49,749 nt of DNA from Bacilli bacterium (GTDB lineage Bacteria; Bacillota_I; Bacilli_A; RF39; UBA660), in assembly GCA_017462455.1 (NCBI GenBank), contig JAFTRC010000022.1, forward strand, positions 1 to 49,749. The letters are read 5' to 3'. Shown here piece after piece: positions 9,365 to 19,269 of the stretch; the stretch's first letter is position 1, and each line of letters starts with the position of its first letter. A program made the position numbers and the translations under genes. The notes beneath the pieces were generated by a model. The model did not search any database and was not told the DNA's origin. It saw only the letters and a program-made list of their open reading frames with translations.

Positions 9365-9393
9365 ATTTTAACACAGATTATTAATTTTAACAA
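9365..9393 (-). promoter_or_regulatory. Putative sigma-A promoter for small ORF-oapA-pilin
   Basis: TTGTTA-17 bp-TAAAAT with TG extended -10, directly after the OLE terminator. Confidence 0.6.
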
Positions 9394-9401
9394 TGATAAA
9401 A

Positions 9402-9428
9402 CAAAAAAAGAAAAAGGCATAAGCCTTT
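9402..9428 (-). terminator. Intrinsic terminator after OLE RNA
   Basis: AAAGGC-TTAT-GCCTTT followed by TTCTTTTTTT on minus. Confidence 0.7.
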
Positions 9429-9439
9429 TAATACTATAT

Positions 9440-10018
9440 ATGGCGTTAACACAGTTAACTTTACGTCTTAGGTCAAGTTGGATTTCCCTAAATCTTACTT
9501 ATCGTTACCAATAAGCGGTTCCCCTTTAAAAGATTCAGTATATTGTTACCAAATATACTACTTGATTGCCACTTAGTACGCACTGCAATCCTATATTAAC
9601 AACACTCTAGGAGATTTCCTCACCATTTATTTATTATTAATTCTTTTTTGCAAACAGTATTTCATATTGCAAACTATGTAGATTCTAGCTATAAATTTAC
9701 TAGTTTGTTAACCAATAATCCCAACTACTCACGCAAGACAAGCTACACTACCCATAACTTTCGCCACAAGGTAGGTTTAATCCTAATTCGTATCTAGTCC
9801 ATCAGTATAAAACGTATAGGCCAAACACAAGTATAGGTCTCCACGAACGGTGGGTCATTTACATATGCCATTATGGATGCCCAACATTCTCATTTCCAGC
9901 ACTCACCCCTATCTGGGCGATAAAAGCAAGCACCAAAAGTTTCACAGATGTGCTCTTTGACGGATTTTTAGCCCCGCCTTCATAATAAATATAATGACTA
10001 GAATAATGTGCCATCAAC
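9440..10018 (-). ncRNA. ole: OLE RNA (ornate, large, extremophilic RNA), ~580 nt
   Basis: ORF-free, GC-enriched stretch with conserved OLE blocks in the expected order: GAAGGCGGGGCUAAAAAUCCGUCAAAGAGCACAUC, AAAUGACCC, GUAGUGUAGC, UGAGGAAAUCUCCUAGA, AGGAUUGCAGUGCGUACUAAGUGGCAAUC, AAAGGGGAACCGC. The 5' and 3' ends can pair (AUGGC/GCCAU), there are two GUAA-tetraloop hairpins (9497-9516, 9537-9559), and oapA is nearby downstream. Ends approximate. Confidence 0.92.
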
Positions 10019-10025
10019 AATTACC

Positions 10026-10054
10026 ATGCTATCATAAATTTAAATTTGTGTCAA
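10026..10054 (-). promoter_or_regulatory. Sigma-A promoter of OLE RNA
   Basis: TTGACA-17 bp-TAGCAT with TG extended -10; predicted start site ~10018-10019. Confidence 0.75.
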
Positions 10055-10111
10055 ATTAACATAAAAAGTTAAAATTTAGTTCATTCTTATTGCTTTTTTA
10101 TTAATTATATG

Positions 10112-11641
10112 CTAATTAATCATATTAATGAACTCATTCATTGTAATGTTATCAAAAATAACATATCTTGGTATTTTATATTTATTATTATTTCTACTAG
10201 CTTTTGTATTACCTCCTACAAATGCCACTTTAAAATCTAATTCTTCTAAAACTTCCATAGCTCTACTATTATATGTATAAAATGGAAAACAGAAGGATTG
10301 TGTAGACTGTACTATATCAATTGATTTTTGAAAATCGGCTTTTAACTCTTCTTTATTTAAACAATTGATTTGATAACCACAACTAGGAGACGAAAAATGT
10401 ATATCATATCCATGTGATTGTACATCTAAATATTCCGATCTATAATTTTCTATATCCCACCAAGCAGTTATTAAAAATAATGTTGCATGTTCTTTATACT
10501 CTTCTAATGCCTTAATTAAAAAATTCCCATTATGTGCGCCTGTACCATAAGCACCATCATCTATAGTTAATAATACTGATTTTTCAGGCAAACTGATTCT
10601 TCCATAATACCAATCAACAAATTCATCAATTGTTAATGTTTTATAATTATTATCATTTAAATATTGTAATTGTTTCCTAAATGAATCCATATCTAAACAA
10701 ATAGATTCGTTGCAAATACCTGCTTCTTCATAGAAAAAATGATAATTCAATACAGCTATTCTTTGATTTGATGAATCTTTAATACCATTTATGGCGTCTT
10801 TAAATTGATCTATATTAGTATTATTATATACTACATATTTATAATAATTTTTATCACTTCTTTTAATTTTATAAATATCTTCTGTTATATTATATTCATT
10901 TACTTCTTCTTGCGTATTATATTTATATCCATATTCATCAAATAAATTAATTACTTCTTCATCAGCCCCTAAATATATTAATAATATTGAATTTTTATTT
11001 AAATCTATAGAATTATTTTTCCAACTAATAAATTCATCTAATAATATAGTAGTATATTTATTTTCTTTTAAATAATCTAAATATATTTTTAAGTTATCTT
11101 TAGTAATATTATCATTAAATTCAACAAAACTAATTGATTCTAACCTGTCTTTTTCACTATCCAATATTTCATAATTATCTTTAATATAATATATATCATT
11201 CATAAATTCAACATAATAGTTACCATCTTCAATATATAATAATTCAAATATATTTTTTTTATCTATATTAATAACTTCTTTATTGTCTTTATATAAAATA
11301 GTAGGTTTAGTTACTATACTTTTAACACTATAATATTTTTTTTCTAATTCTGTTTTTTCAGTTTCTTTTATATTTTTATAATATATATAATAATCATAAC
11401 CTTCTATTTTATAATATTGTTTATTTATTTTTTCTAATTTTAATTGTATATCTTTATTTACTGTACCAATTTTATTAAATTTAGAATTTTTATATTCATA
11501 TATTTCTTGTTTTTTAGTAGTTGTAACATATTCACTAAAATTATCTTTTATTACTTTGTTTTTATAAATTAATACACCTACAACACTCATCAATATAATA
11601 AGTATCAATATAAATAATGAAATAATTATTTTTTTCTTCAT
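10112..11641 (-). CDS. Membrane-anchored polysaccharide deacetylase (CE4, IcaB/PgaB-like)
   Basis: VLNYHFF, VLLTIDDGA, QSHGYDIH, FCFPF, IPRY motifs; N-terminal TM helix. Confidence 0.88.
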   Translation of the reverse strand: MKKKIIISLFILILIILMSVVGVLIYKNKVIKDNFSEYVTTTKKQEIYEYKNSKFNKIGTVNKDIQLKLEKINKQYYKIEGYDYYIYYKNIKETEKTELEKKYYSVKSIVTKPTILYKDNKEVINIDKKNIFELLYIEDGNYYVEFMNDIYYIKDNYEILDSEKDRLESISFVEFNDNITKDNLKIYLDYLKENKYTTILLDEFISWKNNSIDLNKNSILLIYLGADEEVINLFDEYGYKYNTQEEVNEYNITEDIYKIKRSDKNYYKYVVYNNTNIDQFKDAINGIKDSSNQRIAVLNYHFFYEEAGICNESICLDMDSFRKQLQYLNDNNYKTLTIDEFVDWYYGRISLPEKSVLLTIDDGAYGTGAHNGNFLIKALEEYKEHATLFLITAWWDIENYRSEYLDVQSHGYDIHFSSPSCGYQINCLNKEELKADFQKSIDIVQSTQSFCFPFYTYNSRAMEVLEELDFKVAFVGGNTKASRNNNKYKIPRYVIFDNITMNEFINMIN

Positions 11642-12123
11642 AATACTTTTTCTATCTCCTTTTCTACTAATTTTCTAAATTTATTAGCATTACTACTATA
11701 CTTTTTAGGTTTAAAAGTTTTTGCTTGTTTTAAAAGTTCAGGTAATTCTTTTTCATTATTTAAAGCTAATATATAGCCACTATCACTAAATTGATTTATT
11801 ATTTGCAATTGATGATCATTGATGTGTTCCTGGTATTTGGCTAAACGTGGAACTGCTATTACTACTTTATTGTTTTTTAAACCACTTGTTATAGTTCCTA
11901 CCCCACCATGAGTTATTAAAAGATTACACTTTTTTAATAATTCATCAAATTCTTCCATAGGTATTAAATCAAATATTTTCAGGTTTTTTGATTTATAATC
12001 TGAAGAATAACCTGCTTGTACAATAACTTCGTCTTTAATATAACCATCTTTTATAGCTTTATCTACAGCTTTTAACAACCTATAAAATTTTTTATCTTGA
12101 GTTCCTAAAGTTACTAAAATCAT
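11638..12123 (-). CDS. pssE: PssE/Cps14G (Alg13-like) glycosyltransferase subunit
   Basis: Start moved to MILVTLGTQ (TAATG overlap with pssD); ITHGGVGTI, VPRLAKYQEHINDHQ. Confidence 0.88.
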   Translation of the reverse strand: MILVTLGTQDKKFYRLLKAVDKAIKDGYIKDEVIVQAGYSSDYKSKNLKIFDLIPMEEFDELLKKCNLLITHGGVGTITSGLKNNKVVIAVPRLAKYQEHINDHQLQIINQFSDSGYILALNNEKELPELLKQAKTFKPKKYSSNANKFRKLVEKEIEKVL

Positions 12124-12608
12124 TAATAAATCCACCCCCCATATATAGCATTTGGATAAAATTCTAACATACTTTCCCACTGTACTATAAATACATCAGC
12201 GAATTTATAAACTATTTTTCCTGTTTTAGTGGGTGCTGTACTATTAGCAAATGTTTCTATAAATATTAATTTTTTTCTAAATAGTTTAGCCAAACAACAC
12301 ATAGGACCTACATTGTGAGCTCCTGTCGTAATAACAACACTTGGATTTACTTTTATAATTAAATATAATGATATCCAACAATTTATGAACAATTTAAAAG
12401 GATAAAGTATTTTTGATAAAAAACTAGTATATGAACCTGAAATTAAAAAGTTAACTTTTTTAGGATATTTTTGTTTTAAAGATTTGTTACTTTTGGTATT
12501 TTCAGTTACTATATAACTATCATATTTTTTAAATAGTGGTTCTAATTGCAATAATTCATTTAAGTGTCCACCTGTACTCGCTATAAATAATATTTTTTTA
12601 TTTTTCAA
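12123..12608 (-). CDS. pssD: PssD/Cps14F (Alg14-like) subunit
   Basis: ASTGGHLNELL, VITTGA, FIETFA, FIVQWESM..YP.A.Y.G. Confidence 0.9.
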   Translation of the reverse strand: MKNKKILFIASTGGHLNELLQLEPLFKKYDSYIVTENTKSNKSLKQKYPKKVNFLISGSYTSFLSKILYPFKLFINCWISLYLIIKVNPSVVITTGAHNVGPMCCLAKLFRKKLIFIETFANSTAPTKTGKIVYKFADVFIVQWESMLEFYPNAIYGGWIY

Positions 12609-13722
12609 TTAAATCAATCCATTCTTGTTTTATATTTTGTGACAAATACTTATTAGCTTTTTTATAAGCGTTATTTCCCATAATAATTCTTCTATTTTCA
12701 TCATTTATTAAATTAATTATTTTTTTTGCCATTTTATTTTTATCTCTATTATCTATTAGATAACCATCCCAATTATTACTTATTATTTCTTTTGCACCAT
12801 TCGCACTATCAAAAGCTATACAAGGAATTCTATAACTCATAGCCTCTAATAAAACGATTCCAAAAGATTCATTTAAAGAGCTCATAACATATATTGAAGA
12901 TTCTTGGTATAGTTTATCTAATTCTTTAGAATTTTTATATCCTAATAATTTTATACTGTTATTTAATTTTTTTTGATTTATTAAATCCTGTAATGCATCA
13001 AATTCACTACCATCACCTACAATATTAAGATTCCAATCAGGGTATTTTTTTAATACTATATCAAATATATCAATTAAATCATTAAATCCCTTTATTTTTT
13101 CTAATCTACCTACGGATATAATTGTTTTGTTATTAAGGTCTGATACTTTATTTGGTAAACGTTCTATAGAGTTAGGAATACAAATTACAGGACATTTAAC
13201 CAATGATTTATAGAATTTTTTTAATTCATTAGATACTACAACAAAATAGTTTAATCCTTTTGTAGAATCTACTATCTTTTTTATATACTTTTTGTTGTTA
13301 TCATGGTGATTGTGCTCCGTAGCTATTTTTATAGCATTTTTATTTCCATATTTACCCAACCATTTATTATGAATATCTCTTGTACTAATTATTACATGAC
13401 TATCACAATTTTTTATATAATTAATCATTTTATATTTTTTTAAATATAAAATTTTTACACTCTTATATAGTTCTTTTATTAGAGTAATTAATTTTAATTT
13501 TTTTAAACTTTTTTCTATTTCTTTTTTATTTGGTTTTAAGTTATTAATTAAATACTTAACTTTAACCTTTTCATTCAATTTAAAAAAAGGCGTATCGAAG
13601 ATCTTATATGTAGAAATTATTTCAATTTCATAATCATTACTCAAACTATTGGATAAATTAGTTATAAATTTTTCTATTCCACCATAACCTAAGTGTAGAG
13701 CTAATATTGTAATCTTCTTCAT
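12598..13722 (-). CDS. GT4 family glycosyltransferase
   Basis: GYGGIEK, SVGRLEKIKG, ESFGIVLLEAMS; start moved to MKKITIL. Confidence 0.9.
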   Translation of the reverse strand: MKKITILALHLGYGGIEKFITNLSNSLSNDYEIEIISTYKIFDTPFFKLNEKVKVKYLINNLKPNKKEIEKSLKKLKLITLIKELYKSVKILYLKKYKMINYIKNCDSHVIISTRDIHNKWLGKYGNKNAIKIATEHNHHDNNKKYIKKIVDSTKGLNYFVVVSNELKKFYKSLVKCPVICIPNSIERLPNKVSDLNNKTIISVGRLEKIKGFNDLIDIFDIVLKKYPDWNLNIVGDGSEFDALQDLINQKKLNNSIKLLGYKNSKELDKLYQESSIYVMSSLNESFGIVLLEAMSYRIPCIAFDSANGAKEIISNNWDGYLIDNRDKNKMAKKIINLINDENRRIIMGNNAYKKANKYLSQNIKQEWIDLIEK

Positions 13723-13754
13723 TTTACCACCCAATATAATTATACCATATTTAC

Positions 13755-13781
13755 AAAAAAAAGAAAGTTTTTAACTTTCTT
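13755..13781 (-). terminator. Intrinsic terminator inside the glycan locus
   Basis: AAGAAAGTT-AAA-AACTTTCTT plus U-tract; followed by TG-G-TATAAT extended -10 for the next gene. Confidence 0.6.
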
Positions 13782-15048
13782 AATTTAATTTGTCTGCAAG
13801 TTCTTTAGCAGTTACCATAGAGTCTTCCATACTATTATAAATCCAAGCTCCATATCTACCAATAGTATACACATTTTTATATTTTAATTCTTCTTTTAGA
13901 TTATCTATTTTCTTATTAGTTCCTGTACTTATGTGTACATATGCAGGATCCATTACCACTGATACATAATCTACTAAATTCATATCAGAACTAATTATTC
14001 CTGATTCTTTTAAATTTTTTAAAGTTAAATTTAATTGTTCTTTTATCATATCTTCGGTAATTACATCATCTTTATTGTATCCTATTTCAATATACATGCT
14101 TAATTTATCAGTACCAAGAATGTTATTATAAAAACCAATTCTATAGTAATTAGAATCTTTTGATGGTATATATAACCAATGTTCTTCTTTACAAAGTGGT
14201 GAAGGTTTATCAAATCCTAAATTAAATACAAGAACTTTATTATATGACATTTCATTCAGTAAATCTTGATGTTCTTTAGTTAAAGTTAAAAAATTGTTTA
14301 ACGGCATTGTATTTATTAAATATTCATATTCTATTATCTCCCCATTTGATAACTTTACTTGATTTTTATTAAAATTCAAATCTACAACACTAACATTTAA
14401 TAAAACTTTTTCTTTGTCTAAATTTTTATACAGAATATCAATAAAACTACCTGCACCATTTTTAGGATATAAAAAACTATTATTATATGAATTTACTTTA
14501 CTTTCTTTCATATTTTTAATTATTGCTTCTTTATCAGCGTATGGAAAAAATCTACCCATAGCATCAACGTCTAATTTAGTTAAATCAACTGCATATAATT
14601 TTTCATTATATGGTTTTAAAAATTTTTCTACAATTGATTTACCAAATTTCCCGTAAAGCATATCTAAGAAATTATCATAATTGTCTTTTTCTTCTTTATT
14701 AAATAAATCATATAAACAATCAATAAACTCTTCTTTTTCTAATTGGTGAATGTTAGTTTGAAAAGGAAAATCAACAAAATTTCCTTTATATAATATTTTT
14801 GTACATTTAGTATTATATATTATATCTTCTTCTGGCATTTGACTTAAAAATTTATTTTTAAATTCATCTGTTTTAAAATGAAAAAAATGTCCTGCATAAT
14901 CCCAAACATAATCTTTTCTTTTAAATGTTCTGCAGTATCCTCCTACTTCGTTTTCTTTTTCTACAATCAAATAGTCTCCTTTTGCATAATTAGCAAATGT
15001 TAATCCAGATATACCAGCTCCTATTATTAAAAATTTTACTTTTTTCAT
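13780..15048 (-). CDS. FAD-dependent oxidoreductase, UDP-galactopyranose-mutase-like
   Basis: GAGISG dinucleotide motif, GG.CRT...DYAGHFFH, FPFQ.NI, PYNEK, GRYG.W.Y; sits in a glycan locus. Confidence 0.65.
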   Translation of the reverse strand: MKKVKFLIIGAGISGLTFANYAKGDYLIVEKENEVGGYCRTFKRKDYVWDYAGHFFHFKTDEFKNKFLSQMPEEDIIYNTKCTKILYKGNFVDFPFQTNIHQLEKEEFIDCLYDLFNKEEKDNYDNFLDMLYGKFGKSIVEKFLKPYNEKLYAVDLTKLDVDAMGRFFPYADKEAIIKNMKESKVNSYNNSFLYPKNGAGSFIDILYKNLDKEKVLLNVSVVDLNFNKNQVKLSNGEIIEYEYLINTMPLNNFLTLTKEHQDLLNEMSYNKVLVFNLGFDKPSPLCKEEHWLYIPSKDSNYYRIGFYNNILGTDKLSMYIEIGYNKDDVITEDMIKEQLNLTLKNLKESGIISSDMNLVDYVSVVMDPAYVHISTGTNKKIDNLKEELKYKNVYTIGRYGAWIYNSMEDSMVTAKELADKLN

Positions 15049-15059
15049 AATTATTCTCC

Positions 15060-16169
15060 TTATTTAGAATATTTTTCAATTATCGCATCTACTATTCTTT
15101 TACTAGCAAGCCCATCTCCATATGGATTACTTGCTTTACTCATTTTTTCGTATTCAAAATTATCAGTCAATAATTTTTTTGTTTCTTCATAAATAATATT
15201 TTCATCTGTTCCTACTAATTTCAAAGTTCCAGCAGTTATTCCTTCTGGGCGTTCAGTAGTATCTCTTAAAACTAAAACAGGCTTCCCCAATGATGGAGCT
15301 TCTTCTTGTATTCCTCCACTATCAGTTAAAATTATATAAGATTTATTTTGAAAATTATGAAAATCAAACACTTCTAAAGGTTCAATCATTTTTACCTTAT
15401 CACAATCTCCAAGTATCTCATTAGCAACCTCTCTAACTTTTGGATTCATATGAATAGGATATACTACTTTGACATCTGAAAATTCATCTACAATTCTTTT
15501 AATTGCTTTAAATATATTTCTCATAGGATTGCCTAAATTTTCTCTTCTATGAGCAGTCAAAAGCAATAATTTATCGTCACCAATCCAATCAAAAATTTCA
15601 TTATTATATTCTTTATCAACAGTAGTTTTCATAGCATCAATAGCTGTATTTCCTGTTATATATATTTTATTTTCATCTAAATTTTGTTTTAATAAATTTT
15701 GTTTACTTATTTCTGTAGGAGCAAAAAACATATCTGTCATACAATCTACCATTTGTCTATTCATCTCTTCTGGAAATGGAGAATACTTATCATAAGTCCT
15801 TAAACCTGCTTCTACATGTCCAATATCTACTTGATTATAAAAAGCTGCAAGAGCTCCTGCAAATGTAGTTGTTGTATCACCATGTACTAATATAATATTA
15901 GGATTTTCTTTCTTTATAACATCCTCAAGACCTAACAAAACTCGTGAAGTAATTTCTGAAAGAGTTTGTCCCTGTTTCATTATATTTAAATCATAATGCG
16001 GTTTAATATTAAAAGTTTCTAAAACTTGATCTAACATTTGTCTATGTTGCGCGGTTACGCATACTATAGATTCAATTTCTTCTCTTTTTTCTAGTTCATT
16101 TACTAAAGGAGCCATTTTTATTGCTTCTGGTCGAGTTCCAAAAACAGTCATTACTTTAATTTTTTTCAT
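15060..16169 (-). CDS. wecB: UDP-N-acetylglucosamine 2-epimerase (non-hydrolysing)
   Basis: VFGTRPEAIKMAP, HGDTTT, HVEAGLR, TAHRREN, DSGGIQEEAP, NPYGDG. Confidence 0.97.
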   Translation of the reverse strand: MKKIKVMTVFGTRPEAIKMAPLVNELEKREEIESIVCVTAQHRQMLDQVLETFNIKPHYDLNIMKQGQTLSEITSRVLLGLEDVIKKENPNIILVHGDTTTTFAGALAAFYNQVDIGHVEAGLRTYDKYSPFPEEMNRQMVDCMTDMFFAPTEISKQNLLKQNLDENKIYITGNTAIDAMKTTVDKEYNNEIFDWIGDDKLLLLTAHRRENLGNPMRNIFKAIKRIVDEFSDVKVVYPIHMNPKVREVANEILGDCDKVKMIEPLEVFDFHNFQNKSYIILTDSGGIQEEAPSLGKPVLVLRDTTERPEGITAGTLKLVGTDENIIYEETKKLLTDNFEYEKMSKASNPYGDGLASKRIVDAIIEKYSK

Positions 16170-17442
16170 TTTTTCCTCCAAATCGGTTTTCTACCATTTT
16201 GTCATATTCTTTTGCTACATTTTTGGCATCATATTTTTGTGTATTTTTCATTTTTATTTCTAATTTATCTTCTATAATCATTTTTAAATACATATAAATT
16301 TCGTCACTACTATATGAGCAAATCAAAGCTCCAACCTCTCTAAATACATCTGCACTAGCACCTTCAAACATAGTTACTCCTAACATTTTTGTTTTAGATC
16401 CTATATAATCTGCTACTTTAGCAGGAAAAAATATATTTTGTTGTACATATTTAGATAAATTTGCATCAAAAGATAATAACCAATCTGTATTCTTCATAAT
16501 ATTTAAGCTTTCAAAATAATCTACAGGTGCTTTAAATTTTACTATATCGCAAAGATAGTTATCAACTATATATAATTTATCATGATCTCCTAAATTACCA
16601 TAAAATTCAACTTCAATTTTATCTTTAAGATTTTTAACAGTCTTATTTAATCTATCTATAGCTTCCAAAAATTTTTTAGGCGTTCTTATTTCATCTAAAT
16701 GCCCTAGATAAGTAAATTTAATTTTATCATGTTTTTCTTTTTTATTTTTTGGATAAAAATCACTATCATATGAGTGAGGTAATATCACAACTTTATCCTG
16801 TATATTTCCATTATAAGAACTCAACATATGATTTTTCTGATATTCACTATTTAATATGATTACATCCGCCATGTTTAAAGTGGAATTTTGTAACTTTTCT
16901 TTTTCTTTTTCAGTATCAAATTTTCTTAAATATCTTTTGTGTCTAATTTGCCATATTGTATTTTTTATAATTCTTTTTGGAGATAAAAAATATTTTAACC
17001 CTACTTCTCCTGATAATACACCTTTTGCTTGGTGTGGAGATACTTGCTCATAATAATGTGAAAATGGATTATCTGATATTGGATCTCCAAATGAAGCAAT
17101 CCATTTTATTTCTGGGAATTCTTGTTTTACTCTTAAAGCTATAACATGTGATTCTGGAGCCATAGATCTTGACATAATATAATCATATTTTTGATGGTTT
17201 TTTCTTATATACTCTACTCCTTCTTCAATCCATTCTTTTATATCAGATTTTGTTGAAAATATAGGAGTTATGTTTTCACTAACCAATTTATTTGCATTAT
17301 CTCCATACGTCCATGATAAATTACCCTTTTGTGTAAAAACGTCATATTTATATCTTGAATTTTTTAATAATTTAAAAGTAACTAATCCTTCTGAAGAATT
17401 TATAGGTGGAAAATACCAACTAATAACCAAAGCTTTTCTCAT
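16156..17442 (-). CDS. GT-B (GT4-like) glycosyltransferase
   Basis: SWYFPP, WIASFGDP, FTYLG, FPAKVADY pattern. Confidence 0.7.
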   Translation of the reverse strand: MRKALVISWYFPPINSSEGLVTFKLLKNSRYKYDVFTQKGNLSWTYGDNANKLVSENITPIFSTKSDIKEWIEEGVEYIRKNHQKYDYIMSRSMAPESHVIALRVKQEFPEIKWIASFGDPISDNPFSHYYEQVSPHQAKGVLSGEVGLKYFLSPKRIIKNTIWQIRHKRYLRKFDTEKEKEKLQNSTLNMADVIILNSEYQKNHMLSSYNGNIQDKVVILPHSYDSDFYPKNKKEKHDKIKFTYLGHLDEIRTPKKFLEAIDRLNKTVKNLKDKIEVEFYGNLGDHDKLYIVDNYLCDIVKFKAPVDYFESLNIMKNTDWLLSFDANLSKYVQQNIFFPAKVADYIGSKTKMLGVTMFEGASADVFREVGALICSYSSDEIYMYLKMIIEDKLEIKMKNTQKYDAKNVAKEYDKMVENRFGGKNEKN

Positions 17443-18500
17443 TATTTATTTCCTCCCTTTCTTTTTGAAGTTTGTATCTCATAAAAATCAATTATACGTG
17501 AAAAAATATTATTTCCAAATTGAGAGAATAAGAAGTTTGTTCTTCTATTCCATCTGATATAAGAATATAAATTATTAGAATAGTTATAAAGATCTGGATT
17601 AACTTCCTTTAAATATTTATCAAATTTTCTTATTTCCTTCAATGCTTCTTTATTTGGAAGTTGAGATTTACAATATATTATATAATGAGTATTAACCATT
17701 TGAACTAATATATTAGATATAAAGTTCTTTTTATTAGAAGAAATTTCTTCACAATTCAAATAATTCACTAAGCGAGTTAAAACTTTTTCATGATCCTTAC
17801 GTCTTTTTATTAATGAATTAATATTAACGCTTTGATCATTTCTACCTATAAAATATCTATATATATCATAATCTAAATAAATGAAATTTTCTATTTCTGG
17901 AAGTGGTAATATTATAAATTCCATATCAACATAAAATGTTTTTTCATCTAATAAAACATTTGCTTTTCTTAATTTTTCTGTTTTAAATGTAGTAGTTGCC
18001 ATAAAAAAATAGTCATATTTAAATAAAGAAAAATCAAAATCGCTTAAATCATAAATTTTATTGTATTCTATTTCTGAATTATATTTGAATAATACAGTTT
18101 CTCCAGAATATATTAATTCCCTGGAATAATTAGTTAGTACAACATCTACATCTAATTTTGATAGCTCATTAAAATATTTTGAAAAATCATCTATATTTAC
18201 CCAATCATCTGAATCTATAACTCTAAAATATTTTCCCTTAGCTTCTTTAAGACCAATGTTAATAGTTGAACCATGCCCACCATTTTCTTTATCTATAACT
18301 TTTATTGTGTTAGGATATTTTTGTTCAAATGAACGAGCAATACTTAAAGAATTATCTGTACTACCATCATTAACTATTAAAAGTTCTAATTTATCTAATA
18401 TTTTTTCATCATAAACTAAACTTATTAAACATCTCTCCAAATATTTCTCTACATTATAAGTTGGGATCACTATCGTTAGTAATTTATCATTTTTTTTCAT
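17442..18500 (-). CDS. GT2 family glycosyltransferase
   Basis: IVIPTYNVEKYL, VNDGSTD, NGGHG, DSDD. Confidence 0.92.
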   Translation of the reverse strand: MKKNDKLLTIVIPTYNVEKYLERCLISLVYDEKILDKLELLIVNDGSTDNSLSIARSFEQKYPNTIKVIDKENGGHGSTINIGLKEAKGKYFRVIDSDDWVNIDDFSKYFNELSKLDVDVVLTNYSRELIYSGETVLFKYNSEIEYNKIYDLSDFDFSLFKYDYFFMATTTFKTEKLRKANVLLDEKTFYVDMEFIILPLPEIENFIYLDYDIYRYFIGRNDQSVNINSLIKRRKDHEKVLTRLVNYLNCEEISSNKKNFISNILVQMVNTHYIIYCKSQLPNKEALKEIRKFDKYLKEVNPDLYNYSNNLYSYIRWNRRTNFLFSQFGNNIFSRIIDFYEIQTSKRKGGNK

Positions 18501-18526
18501 TATATATAACCTCCATCATGTTTTTA

Positions 18527-19261
18527 TTACTTCATTTGTTCTTTATAATATTTATCACATATTTCTTTTGTTTTCCCTATTTCAATAATTTGCCCGTGCT
18601 CTAACCAAATAACTCTATCACATAAATCTCTAATAGAATCTAATGAATGTGATACATATAAAACAGTAGTTCCACCTTTAATCATACTCATCATTTTTTG
18701 TTTACTTTTTTCTTGAAATTTAAGATCTCCTACCGACAATATTTCATCTACAATAAGTATCTCAGGATCTACTACAGTTGCGATTGAAAAAGCAAGTTTT
18801 GCAACCATACCTGAAGAAAAATTACGTACTGGAGCATCTAAAAATCCCCTTAATTCCGAAAATTCTACTATTTCCTCAAACTTATCATCAATGAATTTTT
18901 TTGAATATCCAAGTATAGCTCCATTTAAATATATATTTTCTCTAGCTGTTAATTCATAATCAAAACCAGCACCTAATTCTATCATAGGAGATATAGCTCC
19001 GTTTACAACTACTTTTCCTTTAGTAGGTTTCATAACTCCGCTTACTACTTTAAGTAAAGTACTTTTTCCGGCACCGTTACTACCGATTATTCCTATTACT
19101 TCGCCTTGTTTTATATCAAAAGAAACATCATTAAGAGCCAAAAAATCTTTTTTATCTTTTTTTCTTTTACCACTCAACAAATCAATAAATTGTTGTTTAA
19201 AAGAAGACGCTTCTACTCCTAAATCAAATTTCATTGAAACATTATTTACGTGTATCATCAA
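18527..19261 (-). CDS. wzt: ABC polysaccharide exporter ATPase (Wzt/TagH type, no C-terminal binding domain)
   Basis: GSNGAGKST, FSSGMVAKL, IVDEILSVGD..FQEKS; only 244 aa. Confidence 0.9.
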   Translation of the reverse strand: MMIHVNNVSMKFDLGVEASSFKQQFIDLLSGKRKKDKKDFLALNDVSFDIKQGEVIGIIGSNGAGKSTLLKVVSGVMKPTKGKVVVNGAISPMIELGAGFDYELTARENIYLNGAILGYSKKFIDDKFEEIVEFSELRGFLDAPVRNFSSGMVAKLAFSIATVVDPEILIVDEILSVGDLKFQEKSKQKMMSMIKGGTTVLYVSHSLDSIRDLCDRVIWLEHGQIIEIGKTKEICDKYYKEQMK

Positions 19262-19269
19262 ACTACCTC

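Noticed and set aside
9349-9420. N-terminal extension of the 92-aa ORF (MPFSFFVLSLL...)
   Set aside because: It runs through the OLE terminator and the next promoter; the SD-supported start is ATG 9348.
9440-10018. Alternative identities for the ncRNA (RNase P RNA, tmRNA, T-box, group I/II intron, CRISPR array)
   Set aside because: No RNase P P4 signature, no tRNA-like CCA end or tag ORF, no T-box motif, no repeat-spacer periodicity; the OLE blocks plus oapA explain the region.
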